A DNA stretch of 64,000 bases from Azolla caroliniana (lineage: Eukaryota > Plantae > Polypodiophyta): NCBI GenBank assembly GCA_043228905.1, contig JBHGNT010000004.1, positions 2,046,001 to 2,110,000 of the forward strand, given 5' to 3'. The notes below the pieces were generated by a model. The model saw only the letters and a list, made by a program, of their open reading frames with translations. It was not told the origin of the DNA and searched no databases. Positions 39,771 through 52,500 of this stretch are shown piece after piece (positions within the stretch are counted from its first letter, which is position 1; each line of letters starts with the position of its first letter). The position numbers and the translations under genes were made by a program.

Positions 39771-40719
39771 GACAAGTTCTTCGACCGTTTACATGAATTA
39801 CATGTAATTTTAAATAAGTTGCATGTTGACTATTGGTTGTGCTAGTTAAACAAGATTCAAATCTTCTTCTCTTTATTGATATAATTACCAACAACAACGC
39901 CAAGTTCCTTGTCCGTTATCATTAATGCACAAGTCTTGTGTCCACCAATATTAATGGAACAATGGAGTTGATGTGCATGTTATATATCCTAAACTCTAGT
40001 ATGGTTTTACGTTTGTTATATTTGTTAAAACTCTTGTCTGTTGATACATCAATTCATGAACCAATGACTAACTCATGCATGAGGTGCTCTTTTACATTGG
40101 AGTATAAGAGTGATTCTATGTTAAAGAGTCAAGACACTATAATAGTTTGTCATGACACTTGACCATGAACATGACGTCCTCATTTCTTTCCCTCTACCTT
40201 CATAAATCCTTCGAGCATGCATGTGAAACTTCATTTATAACGCACATAAATCGATTCATTTTTCACATATACATTCATTTTCTCATGTGCTTAGGACTTT
40301 GCCCATTCCACATGGTGTGGCAAAGGCGATTTTAATTTGTCTTATCCAGTAGTATGCTCAAGCATCTTGTTCACCTCCATAAACATGCCATTTTTTATGC
40401 TTGTGACCTTCATATGATCACTTTCTACCATGTGCTTAGGGGCGACATTGCTCATTCAACATGGTTTTGCATAGTTGACTTTGATTCATGTCATCCAATC
40501 CCAAATTTTGATGTCTTACGTCATCGAAAAAGTAGATATAGGTTCACCGTACAACCACGATTGACCATATGCTTTATTGCTTCATTTACTATTAGCTATA
40601 ATTACGAGTTCATGAATCACACCCACAACCCCCTTGAGTTGTAAGACAAGTTGTCTTGGTTATCTAATAGAGATGTACGTGGTGTAATACATACATCTAC
40701 ATACACTATAATTAGGAAT

Positions 40720-40952
40720 CAACAACAATTGGGCTCAAACCTGAACCAAACCATTAAACTATTTTTTAACGGTTTGGCGGTTTGATTCAGTTTGGTTTAC
40801 GCTTGAGCTTCATTAAACAATTTGAGTTTGGTTTGTGATGGCTCAAGCCAAATTGGTTAAGACTTAATCGGCTCAGCTAAACCAATTTGGTTTGAAAAAG
40901 GCCAAACTAGCTAAGCCAAAACCGAACCCTGTGCTCGCACGATGTCCAATTG
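40720..40952. mobile_element. Degenerate AACC/GGTT-rich MITE-like element
   Basis: caattgg ... ccaattg ends and repeated aaccaaacc/ggtttgg motifs, similar in style to 7600-8014. Confidence 0.45.
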
Positions 40953-42204
40953 ACACATAGTCAATGTTTGGCAAATTATAGCTAGAGTCAACAAGATTAA
41001 AGTCAATGATCATTTTGTTATGAATGTTTATAAATGTATATGTACATTGATAAGCCTTAACCTTATGCATACGATTGCATGGCATTTATAGGCAATGCTT
41101 TCGTTGATATAGAGATGTATGTGAAGACCATATAGTTAGTTCATATGTCACATCCGAGTCCAAGGTCATTTAATAAACAAATTTCCAAATGCATTATCCT
41201 AATTAGAGTACACAATCCACAATCTAGAGTAGTACCCCAACCACAATCTACATTTATAAAACTAATTGAGTACGTCTACACATTTATTGAACAAATTAAG
41301 TATAAAGACTTATATTTTGACTTAAGTTTGAAGTCTTATCACAATTAAACTCGAAAGCCACGTCTCTTGCAAAATAAGGACAAGAGTTGAGAAACATATC
41401 ATGATCTAAGTTTCTAACTCCAACATACGATGTGTAATGACCAATGTTCAAAGGCGTCTAACTAGATTAATTACGTATTTGCCGAACATCTCACCTTTAA
41501 TGCTACGGTTTGGGGATACACTCAATCATAGTATGAAGCATACGTACCATTCTCATCATTCGAGTATGAAAAACACAATCAAAGTATGGTAAATACCATA
41601 CGTTTGCACTCATTATTTATTATAACTTATAAGGTAAGAAAGTTAAGGTAAAAAGTGAAAAAAACACACACAATAATGTTTTAATAACATACACATTCAT
41701 TTGCAAATGAACGCGAATATTACGTACTATGCACTCAATAGTCCTTATAAAAAGAGAGCAATAGAAAGAGAAAGCCTAACATTATAGAAGGGTGTAATGG
41801 TAATATCTATAAACCTTTATGCCCCCAGTGTAAAAGGGACAGGAATATAATTTGGCTAATAAGGAGGACGTATAAGCATGAAACTATAAATCTTTTTAAA
41901 AAGGGGTCTTCCTCATTTTTCGCATGCTCATTTTGTGTTCCCTTAATTATCTTATTAAGTATGAGTTAAGAGTGTAACACTGTATCCTCATAACTTGTAT
42001 TTATGTTAAGTGTGGATTAATGGAAGTGAAGTCGTGTCGGTGATTTCTCACCGTATTGTTTTTCTATCGAGTGATGGAGTGTGGTAAAGTGTCACATGTT
42101 TCAAATGTATTTAACTAACCTCGTCCAAGTGATTAAATCGTAGTGTGAGTGAGCTTCGAGGTTGTGTGAGTAGTTAGTTTAATGTAAGTAGCTTGAGGGT
42201 GACT

Positions 42205-42545
42205 AACACTCACACGTGGGGCTTCTCAGCAACAAACAAGGTGTGTAGATGGTGGTACCCCACATGGCGATCTCGAGGTGGTTTCTCATTCTTAAGAAAG
42301 AAGAACACTTGGGTAAGAAGCAACCTTTGGCACGGATACATATCGAAGGAAGACGTTACGAGATACTCTCACACATTGGGCCACTCGCCAACAAACAAGG
42401 TTTATAGATGGTGGTACCCCACATGGTGACCTCGAGGTGGGTTCTCATACTCAAGAAAGAAGAAGAAGAAGCAACCTTCAACAAAGGAGGTGGGTTCTTA
42501 GTCTTGAGAAAGAATAACACTTGGGTGAGAAGCAACCTTCAATAA
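42205..42545. repeat. ~160-bp tandem repeat with partial extra copies
   Basis: caacaaacaaggt.t.tagatggtggtaccccacatgg.ga.ctcgaggtgg occurs twice; aacacttgggt..gaagcaacctt is repeated. Confidence 0.8.
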
Positions 42546-43139
42546 GTTCTAGGAACACATTACGAGATCAGAGCTTGAAGTTCTAGAATTATATACATAT
42601 ATATGAGGATGGAGAGAAGATAGATAGAGAGAGAGAGATTTGTAATTAGAGTCCCTTCGGGGACATCTGATAAAAAAGAAAGAAAGAATTGTAATTACAT
42701 TTGATGGTAGCATCTAGTGAAATAAGAGATATATATGAAGCAATAGAGCGGTAAGAAATTTGGGTTTCGAACCCAAGATGTAGTGCTAGTAGTATAAATG
42801 ACTTACCTTAGTGGTAAGCTAATTATAAAAAAAAAGTAGAAAGAGATTCGTAATAGAGAGGTGAGACAATTGTGATTTGAACCCGAGACCTAGGGTTAGT
42901 ACTATGACAACTTACCACCATGGAAAGGTAATCATGTGAACATGATCAAAAGCAAAAAACACAAAATTAAATATATACATACTAGAAAAGCCTATCAATG
43001 GAGAGAAAGATATGGATGTACATAATAACACAGTCTTATAATCCTTCCCTTGTCCTTACGTCCATATTTCCATTATTTCGTTGTTTGTTCTTGTTCTTCT
43101 TCCTCATGATCCATGGCGATCTTCACATTTGGCACCTCA

Positions 43140-43475
43140 CTGCAGTAGCAGCAGCATCATCATCATCAGCAGCAGAAGTAGTTGTAGTAGAAGAAGAAGG
43201 AAGCAGCAGCAAGAAAGCTGGAGAAGAAACAGCAAGAAAGATGAGGAAGTAGGAGAGGTAAGGAGAAGGAAGGAGGAAGAAGAAGACGCAGCAGCAAGAA
43301 GGAGAAGAAGAGGTAAGAAAAGAGAACGAGGTAGGAAAAAGAGGTAAGGAGTAAGAAGAACAAGAAGGAGCAGGAGCAGGAGCAAGAAGTACGGAGGACG
43401 ACAACAAGCAAGAAGAAAGTGAAGTAAGAAGTAAGGAGGAGTTTAAGAATTAAGAAGAAAGAAGAAAGAGGAAGA
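43140..43475. repeat. Purine-rich (GAA/GCA/GGA)n tract directly upstream of the exonuclease-MutS start codon
   Basis: Direct reading; accounts for the spurious low-complexity ORFs on both strands here. Confidence 0.85.
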
Positions 43476-43500
43476 ATGCTCTTTGCTTTTTATGTAGGAA

Positions 43501-46500
43501 ATGATGATCTTGAAAACCAATTCTAGCTTGTTTCTAAAGCAACCTCAGCAATACACCCCTCAATTAGGAGTCATCAGTTCGCTCAGAAATGATCATCGAT
43601 GCCGTTGCTTCTTTGATTATTTTAGCGTGGAAAGAAAAGAAATAAGGTTTTCTTTGTCTTCCTCTTCTTCTAGGTATGCTCGTCTTTCACGTAGGAATCT
43701 TTGCCTTTTGTTTCATTTTCGATTCACGCATGGATCTCAATTGCTTTGACCAAAGTTCAATCTGTTGAATCAGAATCCTATTCTTAAATATCATGTAGAT
43801 TTTCTTATTCTGCTTCTTCCAGATGTATTACACAACACATGGAAATCATTGTCTTTCTCTTCATTATTGGTTCATTCGGGAATAAGTTATGTTACTCTGT
43901 CAAGTTAGAATGCATTATGAAATTAAATGACACCTGTCAATATAGAAAGAACGCATTATATTAAGAATGTAAGGTTCTGATAAATTCTGAGAAACCCGTG
44001 ACAATGCACTGACATGCATCCGTCCATTAATGCTCAATCAAAACCACGGAGATTTTACTGTATTATTAACATCGTCAGAGAGTTTTGGAGAGTGCTGACT
44101 CTCTCGTGATGTTATGAATGAAATTGTGATATCAGGCTCATTTTTCCATGTAGCTTTGGTACCAACTATGTTTAAAATTGTTAATTATTACTCTGGTTCT
44201 TTGCACTTTTTCTTGGTCACTTTATACAATACATTGTGTGTTAACAGGTACTATCTGGAGAGGAGCCAAAGCATAGCCTTCATTGGTGGACATAGTACTG
44301 TGTTGAAATCTTTAAGCTTGCAGATATTTGTTTTGAGGCAATTTTCTAGAAAGATTTCGTTACAGTGGCTTGTAACGTTTGCAAGTACAGTGGAAGGAGA
44401 TATGGAAGATATTATAAACAATGTTCAACAGAATAGTCCCGAAGCAGAAAATAAGCGACACTTTTTTATGGGGACAGACATATGTAGTGAAGAAAAAGTG
44501 TTTTGTAAGTCTGAAAATGATACTAACGTTGAAACTTCTGTGTGCCAATTAGACAATACCTTGGATGGAGAGATATTGGCAAATAAACTCGACATAGCTA
44601 CTGGGGGACAAAGTGGAATGCTTGATACATCATCAGAGGTAGACTGTCAAACAAATACAGTAGTTATTGTATTTGACATTGAGACAACAGGCTTAAATCC
44701 CTCTTATGATCGAATTATTGAGTTTGCTGCACGGGATCTAGCTGGTGGTGATTGTAGCACAATACAGACATTAGTCAACCCAGAAATGCATGTACCCATG
44801 AATGCTACTAATATTCATGGTATTCGTTCTGACATGGTGAATAGATCAGACATACCAAGGTAAGATTCTATTTACATTTGCTATTTGAAAGACCTGATAA
44901 CTCAAATAATATCTCCCTTGAATGCTACAAATATTCATGGTATTTGTTCTGACATGGTGAATAGATCAGACATACCAAGATAAGATTCTATTTTCATTTG
45001 CTACTTGAAAGACCTGATAACTCAAATAATCTCTCAGGGAATCGAAGAAAATGTTTTTTTGTAAAATTTGAAGAGTAGAATCTCTCCTGCTATCAGCCAA
45101 GCTCCTCTTAAGTAGCATATGTTAGAATTAACTATTTCCTTGGTAGTGGATAAAGTAGGAGCTAGAGATATTACATTTAAGATCCAGAGTGGATTCCACG
45201 TACAAGCTTACAATCTTCTCTTATTTGGCACAAATTATGAATATATATGGAAAAGAAGAGAAAATGAAGTATTGCATTAACTTATTGAAGTGATTTTTAT
45301 AAAAGAACAAAAGAGAGTAGATAACAGATTCTCCGAGTTTAAAGACTCAAAACAATCATAAATGATCTGCACCTCCAGAATAAGAAGCCAACACCCTAAC
45401 CACTGTGCTAAATCTTAACTGAGTTTTCTGTTGAAGACGAATTCTGTATATTATGAAGCTATTATGAATTCACCTTTGCCTTCCACAGTGCTTTCAATGT
45501 TACATATGCCTCCACTTCTTCTGTGCCAGCCATTGCCATTTCATTTTCCTCCTGTGTGCTCTCTGTTATTTTCTGTGCTCCTTTTTCGATCTTCTAGTTC
45601 TTCTACTTCTCATTTCTCAGCTTGTTTTCAGAAAGGTTTAAAGTTCAACTTAATAGCAGAATAGAAAAAGATTTAATTTTTTTAAGGGAAAAATTCTTCA
45701 CCTTCAAATTTATCCATTTGAATCCAACAAGTTTCACACATGCTCAGGATACTACTTCTTTTCACATTACATGTACTTGATTCTGAATTATCACTTAAAA
45801 CAATCAGTGCACCTACAGCTTATAAAAACTTACACACTTCATTTTTATTTCCTTTGACAGCATCTAAAGCATTTCTGGTTTCTGTGCACTGATGTGTATA
45901 AGCTTTTTGATTTATTAATCTATCATTTAAGATTTATGAGGAAAAGTTCAGGGGTGAATTTATAGATCATTTTCCTCCTATGATCATCAACATTGTTCCA
46001 TCTCTGAGTCATACCAAATGAGTCATTGTAATTAGGTAATATGAGCTTTTAAAAGAGCACTAGCTCAATGTTTATAGCGGCAATAACTTATATTGACTAA
46101 TTCTCTTTTATATAACGTAAGCTGATGGCTCTATGTGCTAGCTTTACAGGGTCTTATTAAACAGGTTTATTGATTTTGATTGCTGCAGGTGGAAAGAGGT
46201 AGCACCTGCAGTCTTAGAGTTTGTAGAGTGTCGAGGGGGTTTTGAAGGACTTGTTTTCCTTGTGGCACACAATGGGAGAAAATTTGATGTTCCATTCTTG
46301 GTAAAAGAATTTCAGAGATGTTCAATACAGGTACCATCCCGGTGGCGATTTGTTGACAGTATGCCAATAGCACGCGAGGCAATGAAAGCCAAAGGTAAGA
46401 TGTTTTGGTTGTTAAAATTGCATCAATCATTCAAACCTTGAGTTTCCAACCTTCTGATTGGGAATTTAAGGGTCTTTGGGGTTAGAGAACAAAATTAATT

Positions 46501-49500
46501 ATTGGTGTGCATCGCCAAGTTAGTAATACTTTGGAGGATCTGAGCAATCAGCATTAACGAGAGTTGCTATCAGATCTTATTTTGTTTGATTATAGGATCT
46601 GCATGAGGTGCTCATGTACCTACCTGTACCATAGTACTGTTATAATTTCTTTAAAAAATTAACTCAATAGGACATGGATAGAACTCCGTATAAGTGTTTG
46701 TTGCCTTTATGTTGAACTGTTTAATCGAGGACTATCATTCCCTGATGCACAATTTCTATCTAGGCGTTTCAAAATCTTAACAATGTTAATAACAAAGAAC
46801 AACATTGATTCTACATATTCTCACCAACCTTCAGCTGATGCCGAGAATGCATTTATGCATATACTATTCTAGATGTGCACCTTTTGTAGCTTCTGTCTTC
46901 ATGTTGTCAAATTCTTATTGCGCGTGTCTTCAGGTTGTCTTCTGAAGAAACTTATGTCTACAATGTGCATAATTAACCTCCATACCTATCGTTTTAGGTC
47001 TAAAAGGTGCTCCACTGAAACTTACTTCCCTTCACGAGCTTTACAATCTCCCATTTGCTGGACAAGCACATCGAGCACTAGCAGATGTTGGCATGTTAGC
47101 CAATGTACTTAAGATGCTTATGATAGACCTGAAAATGCCAGTGTCGGCACTGCTGGAGAGGTCATTTACAGCAAACGATATCAAGACCTCCACTCCAAAT
47201 AATGCCAAAGTTAGGATACCTGCATTTCAGCATCTCTATTCAGTAGAAGGCTCTAAGGAAGATGAAAATCGTTCCACTCCTTGGGATAATACGCATACAG
47301 ATGAAGTTAATTTTGGATGCATAAGCTCAACATTACTCAGCGGGGAGGAGCCAACATGTTCTTTGCCAGAAAACAACAGTCGAGGGGAAAATAGATTACA
47401 CAAAGATATTAACATGGAACAATCAAGTTTTCCCTTTCTAGATCCTGGTGAGAACATTAAATTCCTAGGTTCTACCTTGGAATTCGATGCTCTAGACTTT
47501 TCCCAGCTCAGTTCTATTCTACAACAGTATGTAGAATCTAAATATCGAAGGCCAAAACTGCTCCATCTGTGGAGATTTCTTGATTTCTATCTGGTATACT
47601 GCATGCTTGGATGCTATGTATATTATTACTTTTGGTGCTTCATTTTTTCTGATATATTCTGAGCGTCACATTTTAAGGTTATTGTTGTTGACTTCCTCTT
47701 CATTGCTCAGGCTTTCTTTGAAGATGCAGAGAAGGTTTCCCAGGTATTTAGCATCGGTCTTACTGCAGTTATAGGAGGCAAGGTACTACAAGTACATGAA
47801 AACATGTCACGTTTGTTGTGATAATTTTCAAAGAAAATTTAATAAAGGTCTTGTCAGAAAACAATCTCTTGTTAATCATTTCTTCTGTATATGGATCTTA
47901 TATCCTAGTTGTGTACCCATTGATCTCAATTTCATTGGATTAATGTATTCTCTTTACTTTTCCTTCACTGATCCCAATCAAACCCTCGCTCAGAGCATTC
48001 TGAAAGAGCTTACCCTTGCATGATAGCTTCCAAACATTGACAAACAAAACCTCTACACAATGAGATGCCCATATGTGAGGGAGTCCAGGTTATTTGGTAA
48101 AATCTGTCCCATAGACATACAATTGCTGTCATAATTAGTTATTAATATTTGCATTATGTTTAACATCTTCATAGTTCCTGTGAAACTGGCCAAAAGAACT
48201 TCCACCAATTTATCTTAATTTCATCACCAGAGAAATTTTATATAAACAAAGAAAAATATTTTAAAGATTTTTGAACTCACTTTGATTTAGGTTGCATGAA
48301 TGATGAATTTGATATCGTATTAGCAACAAAGGCAGGGACCCCTTTTGGTTAATACTAATTATTAGAAGATAACACTTACTGAACCACCAATTTATCTTAA
48401 TTTCATCACCAGAGAAATTTTATATCAACAAAGTAAAATATTTTAAAGATTGAACTCACTTTGAGTTAGGTTGCGTGAATGATGAATTTGATATCGTATT
48501 AGCAACAAAGGCAGGGACCCCTTTTGGTTAATACTAATTATTAGAAGATAACACTTACTGAACCACCAATTTATCTTAATTTCATCACCAGAGAAATTTT
48601 ATATCAACAAAGAAAAATATTTTAAAGATTTTTGAACTCACTTTGAGTTAGGTTGCGTGAATGATGAATTTGATATCGTATTAGCAACAAAGGCAGGGAC
48701 CCCTTTTGGTTAATACTAATTATTATAAGATAATACAATAATAGTTAGTCCAAACTGTTGACCTACAAGAAAACCAACAATTTAACCATATTTCAGTAAC
48801 AAGAATCCATCTGTTGAAGTTCGAAAGTATTTTCCACTGGCATACTATCAAAGAGGGTAAAACAGCTATGATCCTGCTGATTTCAGCTATTTAAAATGAT
48901 TTTCCCTTCTCTCTAAAATTGAATTTCGAGTTCTACCTGAAAGTTTCTGGAATAAGGTAATTCTTTCTCATGCTACCTAGTGTCATCTCTTTAAAAACAT
49001 ATAATAGCACCCTCACTTATCCACTCACCTTTTAACTTTTAAGTGACTTTATGTAGGGCGTAACTTGATATAACTTTACAAGGCCCAATTATACATTGAA
49101 TGCACACACCCCCAGAGACCATAATCCAATCTAACTGAATGGACCACATGCCCTAGACCATTTAAATGGACCCATGAGTTCCTCGGATCAAGGGGAAAAA
49201 ACTAAAATGGTCACTAAATAATGTCATAAAAGAGAACAAAATTAACACCTCCTGATGACATGCTGGTTGTTTCCAAATGAAGAATGGCAAATGTTAATTT
49301 ATAATACATTAGACATGCAATATATATGTTTAACTTCGTATGTGAGTAATTTATGGTTGGTTGGCAACATTTCTGGTTAAAAGAGCTTGGTTGTAATAGG
49401 TGCATGTTCTTCTCTTACCTTTACAATCTCACAGGATTTGAATGGATTGGTGCCCATGGCAAGCTTACACAATTCTCAAGTCAATTGTTGCATTCATACT

Positions 49501-52500
49501 CTGCTAGCAATGGGTATTCCTGTTTTCAAACAAGATCAGGTATATTATGTACAAAGTATATTGATATATTATCATTCACACAAGCCTTCTTGTTTACTAT
49601 TGCACTTTGTGTGGATGAAGGTCTACAAGATACAGCAAAAGGGGGATTTATTACAAGAGTATAAAAATCTGGTTCTAACACCTGGTATGGTTGCCAGAAT
49701 TGTAAGACCACAGGGACACTCAAACAACTATCTGATGTCTATCATATTACCTTCCAATGACAAAAATACATGGGGCCTAGCTTATGCTGATTTTTCAACA
49801 GGTCATTTTTCTTGACTTGTACTACTTTAAATATGAAATTATTAAGGGACATATGATTCCACAAGAACAGAGTAATGAAATAAAAAAGTGATGCTCCTAA
49901 ATTATTATAAAACTGAAAGGTGTTAATAAAAGATCTGCAAGGTAATCTTGTTTCACCACACAAATTTGATGGATATGGCATCGCACAAACTTAAACCCTC
50001 CCTCCTCCTTAGATATACATTTCAGACTGTCACAATTTGTATAGTAGCTACATAAGCTTAGGTTTTGAAGATTTTGATTTGTGGATCTTGATGACCATGA
50101 CTTTGTATTTCTTACCTTATGATGGTCTCTGTTCATTTATGTTTTGCAAGCATCATTTGAAAGCTAAAAAGAAATGGAATGTTAGAAATCATGGTGGGCA
50201 ATACTGCTTGGTTTGATCGGATAAGAAGAAAGAAAGAAACATATGTTAACATCTCTTAAAAGTTCCCAGTGGCCAACCTATAAGACCAATCAAGAGATTA
50301 CATCTTAGGATCTTGTCTTGTCTTTGAGAACGATAAACGAAAATAAATATATCTGCATAAGAAGTAAACAAAAAAACGGCTAAAGAATCTCTTTAGCTAT
50401 GCCCCCCCCATCAATTCCTTTGAGTTTCATTCTTGCAAACATACTCTCATGTAAGATTCTCAGGTCAGATAGATTATAATTTCTGTTTTTGAGGGATCTC
50501 CATGATGGGCTGAATTAAAATTTTCTGCTAATTGCTTTGTAACAAACATTTCTTTGTGTCAGATTTTCATGCAGATTTTAGGCCTTTGATAAGTGAGTAC
50601 AGAGGTATTTTTTCTGTAAGAGATGATTTGATATATTTCTGAATGCAACAAGTTATATACAGGAGAGTTTTATGCAACCGAAGGTGAAGGACGAAGATCA
50701 TTGATGGAAGAGATTTTTCTAGTGCAGCCTTCTGAGATAATTTACCCTCTCAATGTACAGATAACTGTATTCTTTTGTTTGTGACACCAATATTTTACTT
50801 TCGTTAAATGTTTATTAAAATTAGGTTGCAATGTTTGTGTCCGTTTATTTCTGTTTCCATCTTGTTACAGGAAGACAATGATATAGGATCATTTAAGATG
50901 CCACCAGGGATTTGTTACACTTCCAGGCCAGCTTTGGAGTTCACTTTGGCAGGGTCAATTAAGGTAAATATTGCATCTTGTTTGTCTGCCTATCTTAGAT
51001 ATTTTCTTGCTACAGTTACCTGGCTAATATTAACATTTGATGATGTAGTCTAATTACTTCGATTATTGCAGACACTACAAGAAAAATTTGGACTTGACGT
51101 GATTGGAAGTTTTGGATTTGAAGGACTATCTGCAGCAACCTGTGCAGCAGCTGGTCTGCTAAGGTATTTCACTAGTCATTTTCACCTTCATCTTCTTAAT
51201 TGATGACAAGTAATGGTTGCAAATCGAAGGCACTTATGGAAAATTTCTTTAGGTTCATTGGTGAGATCCAAGGAAGTTCATGGAGGCGACTTCCATTTCA
51301 CAAGATTTCTGTTTATTTTTCACACGATTATATGCTATTGGATCGGTTATCTAGAAGCTGTTTTGAGGTTTGGAATTTTGTTATTTCAAATTTTAATTGG
51401 GGTGTGGATATTCTGCATTTTTCGTGGTCCTACTAATCATGTTTGACTTGTGAAAGGAGAGTAAATTTGATGATCTTATGGTAACAGGTCTTTAGTACCA
51501 GAAAGCATGGTGGTTTGGAGGGATCTTTGTTATGGGCAATCGATCAGACTAAAACAAACATGGGCAAGAGAACGTTAAAGAAATGGATATCACGGCCACT
51601 TTTGGATAAAAATTCAATTTATGCTCGTCAAGATGCAGTTGAGGTTTGTTGTGATGGATTTTTCATGTTGCAAAATTCACTATGGATATTGTTTAGATTC
51701 CTCTGAATAGAGTAATGTGATTTTTGTACGAGAATTATTACAAAGGATCTCTGCAGTATTAAATGAAATGGTTCACAACATAATTAGTGCACAGACTAAT
51801 GGATTTTCTTATTTTTATGCCCGACATGTTATTGTGCATCATATCCTCCTTGCAATGATCTTCTTTTGTGATGTTTTCATAAGTTAACATCTTCCACGCG
51901 TTTTTCACCGGAAGGAGTGTCATTTGTCATTCTGTGCTATCCCCATATCCAGCATATCTGGCCTACTGTGTGATGTTTGTAATTTATTATGTGTGTCTTT
52001 GATGTTTGAAAGAGATCTTATGGCCTGGGGACATATCTGCATACCATCCACCTATCACTCTGGCTGCCAATCAATATGGAAAAAGCTATTGGGAGTGGAT
52101 AAAGAAAAGGAAGAATTAAAGACATGTTGTCTATGGGACCTGTCAAAAATTACAATGACTGTATATTTATTGTGGTTCAGAGTGACTATTATATATGTGA
52201 TTTGTAGATTTAAATGTCCTTTTACTGAAGCTTATGTTTTTTCTCAAAATCCTGGCATTTCTATACCAATAAAAATCATGCTGACATGAGTGCAATGTCT
52301 CTAACAATCTAGATCAGGTTTTCTATGGAGGTTGGCTCCTGACGTTTCAGCAAGAAAATAATTTTTTGCATTTTGTTCCTACAAGATCCAATGTTTCACA
52401 TTGTTCTTAAGGGTTTATTCTTTGGATGTTCTTTTGTGCTTTTATCATTCTACTAATCAAGGTCCTAATAAAAATACTCTCTTATCTTTTACTAAGATCT

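Noticed and set aside
41973-42700. Solo LTR starting TGTAACAC
   Set aside because: No matching CA end with a 4-6-bp target-site duplication was found.
42998-43411. ORFs with poly-E/R/S/L runs (also 8012-8528 and 32351-33175)
   Set aside because: Produced by microsatellite and purine tracts in 5' regions.
48202-48733. CRISPR-like array
   Set aside because: Eukaryotic intron with whole-unit tandem repeats and no unique spacers.
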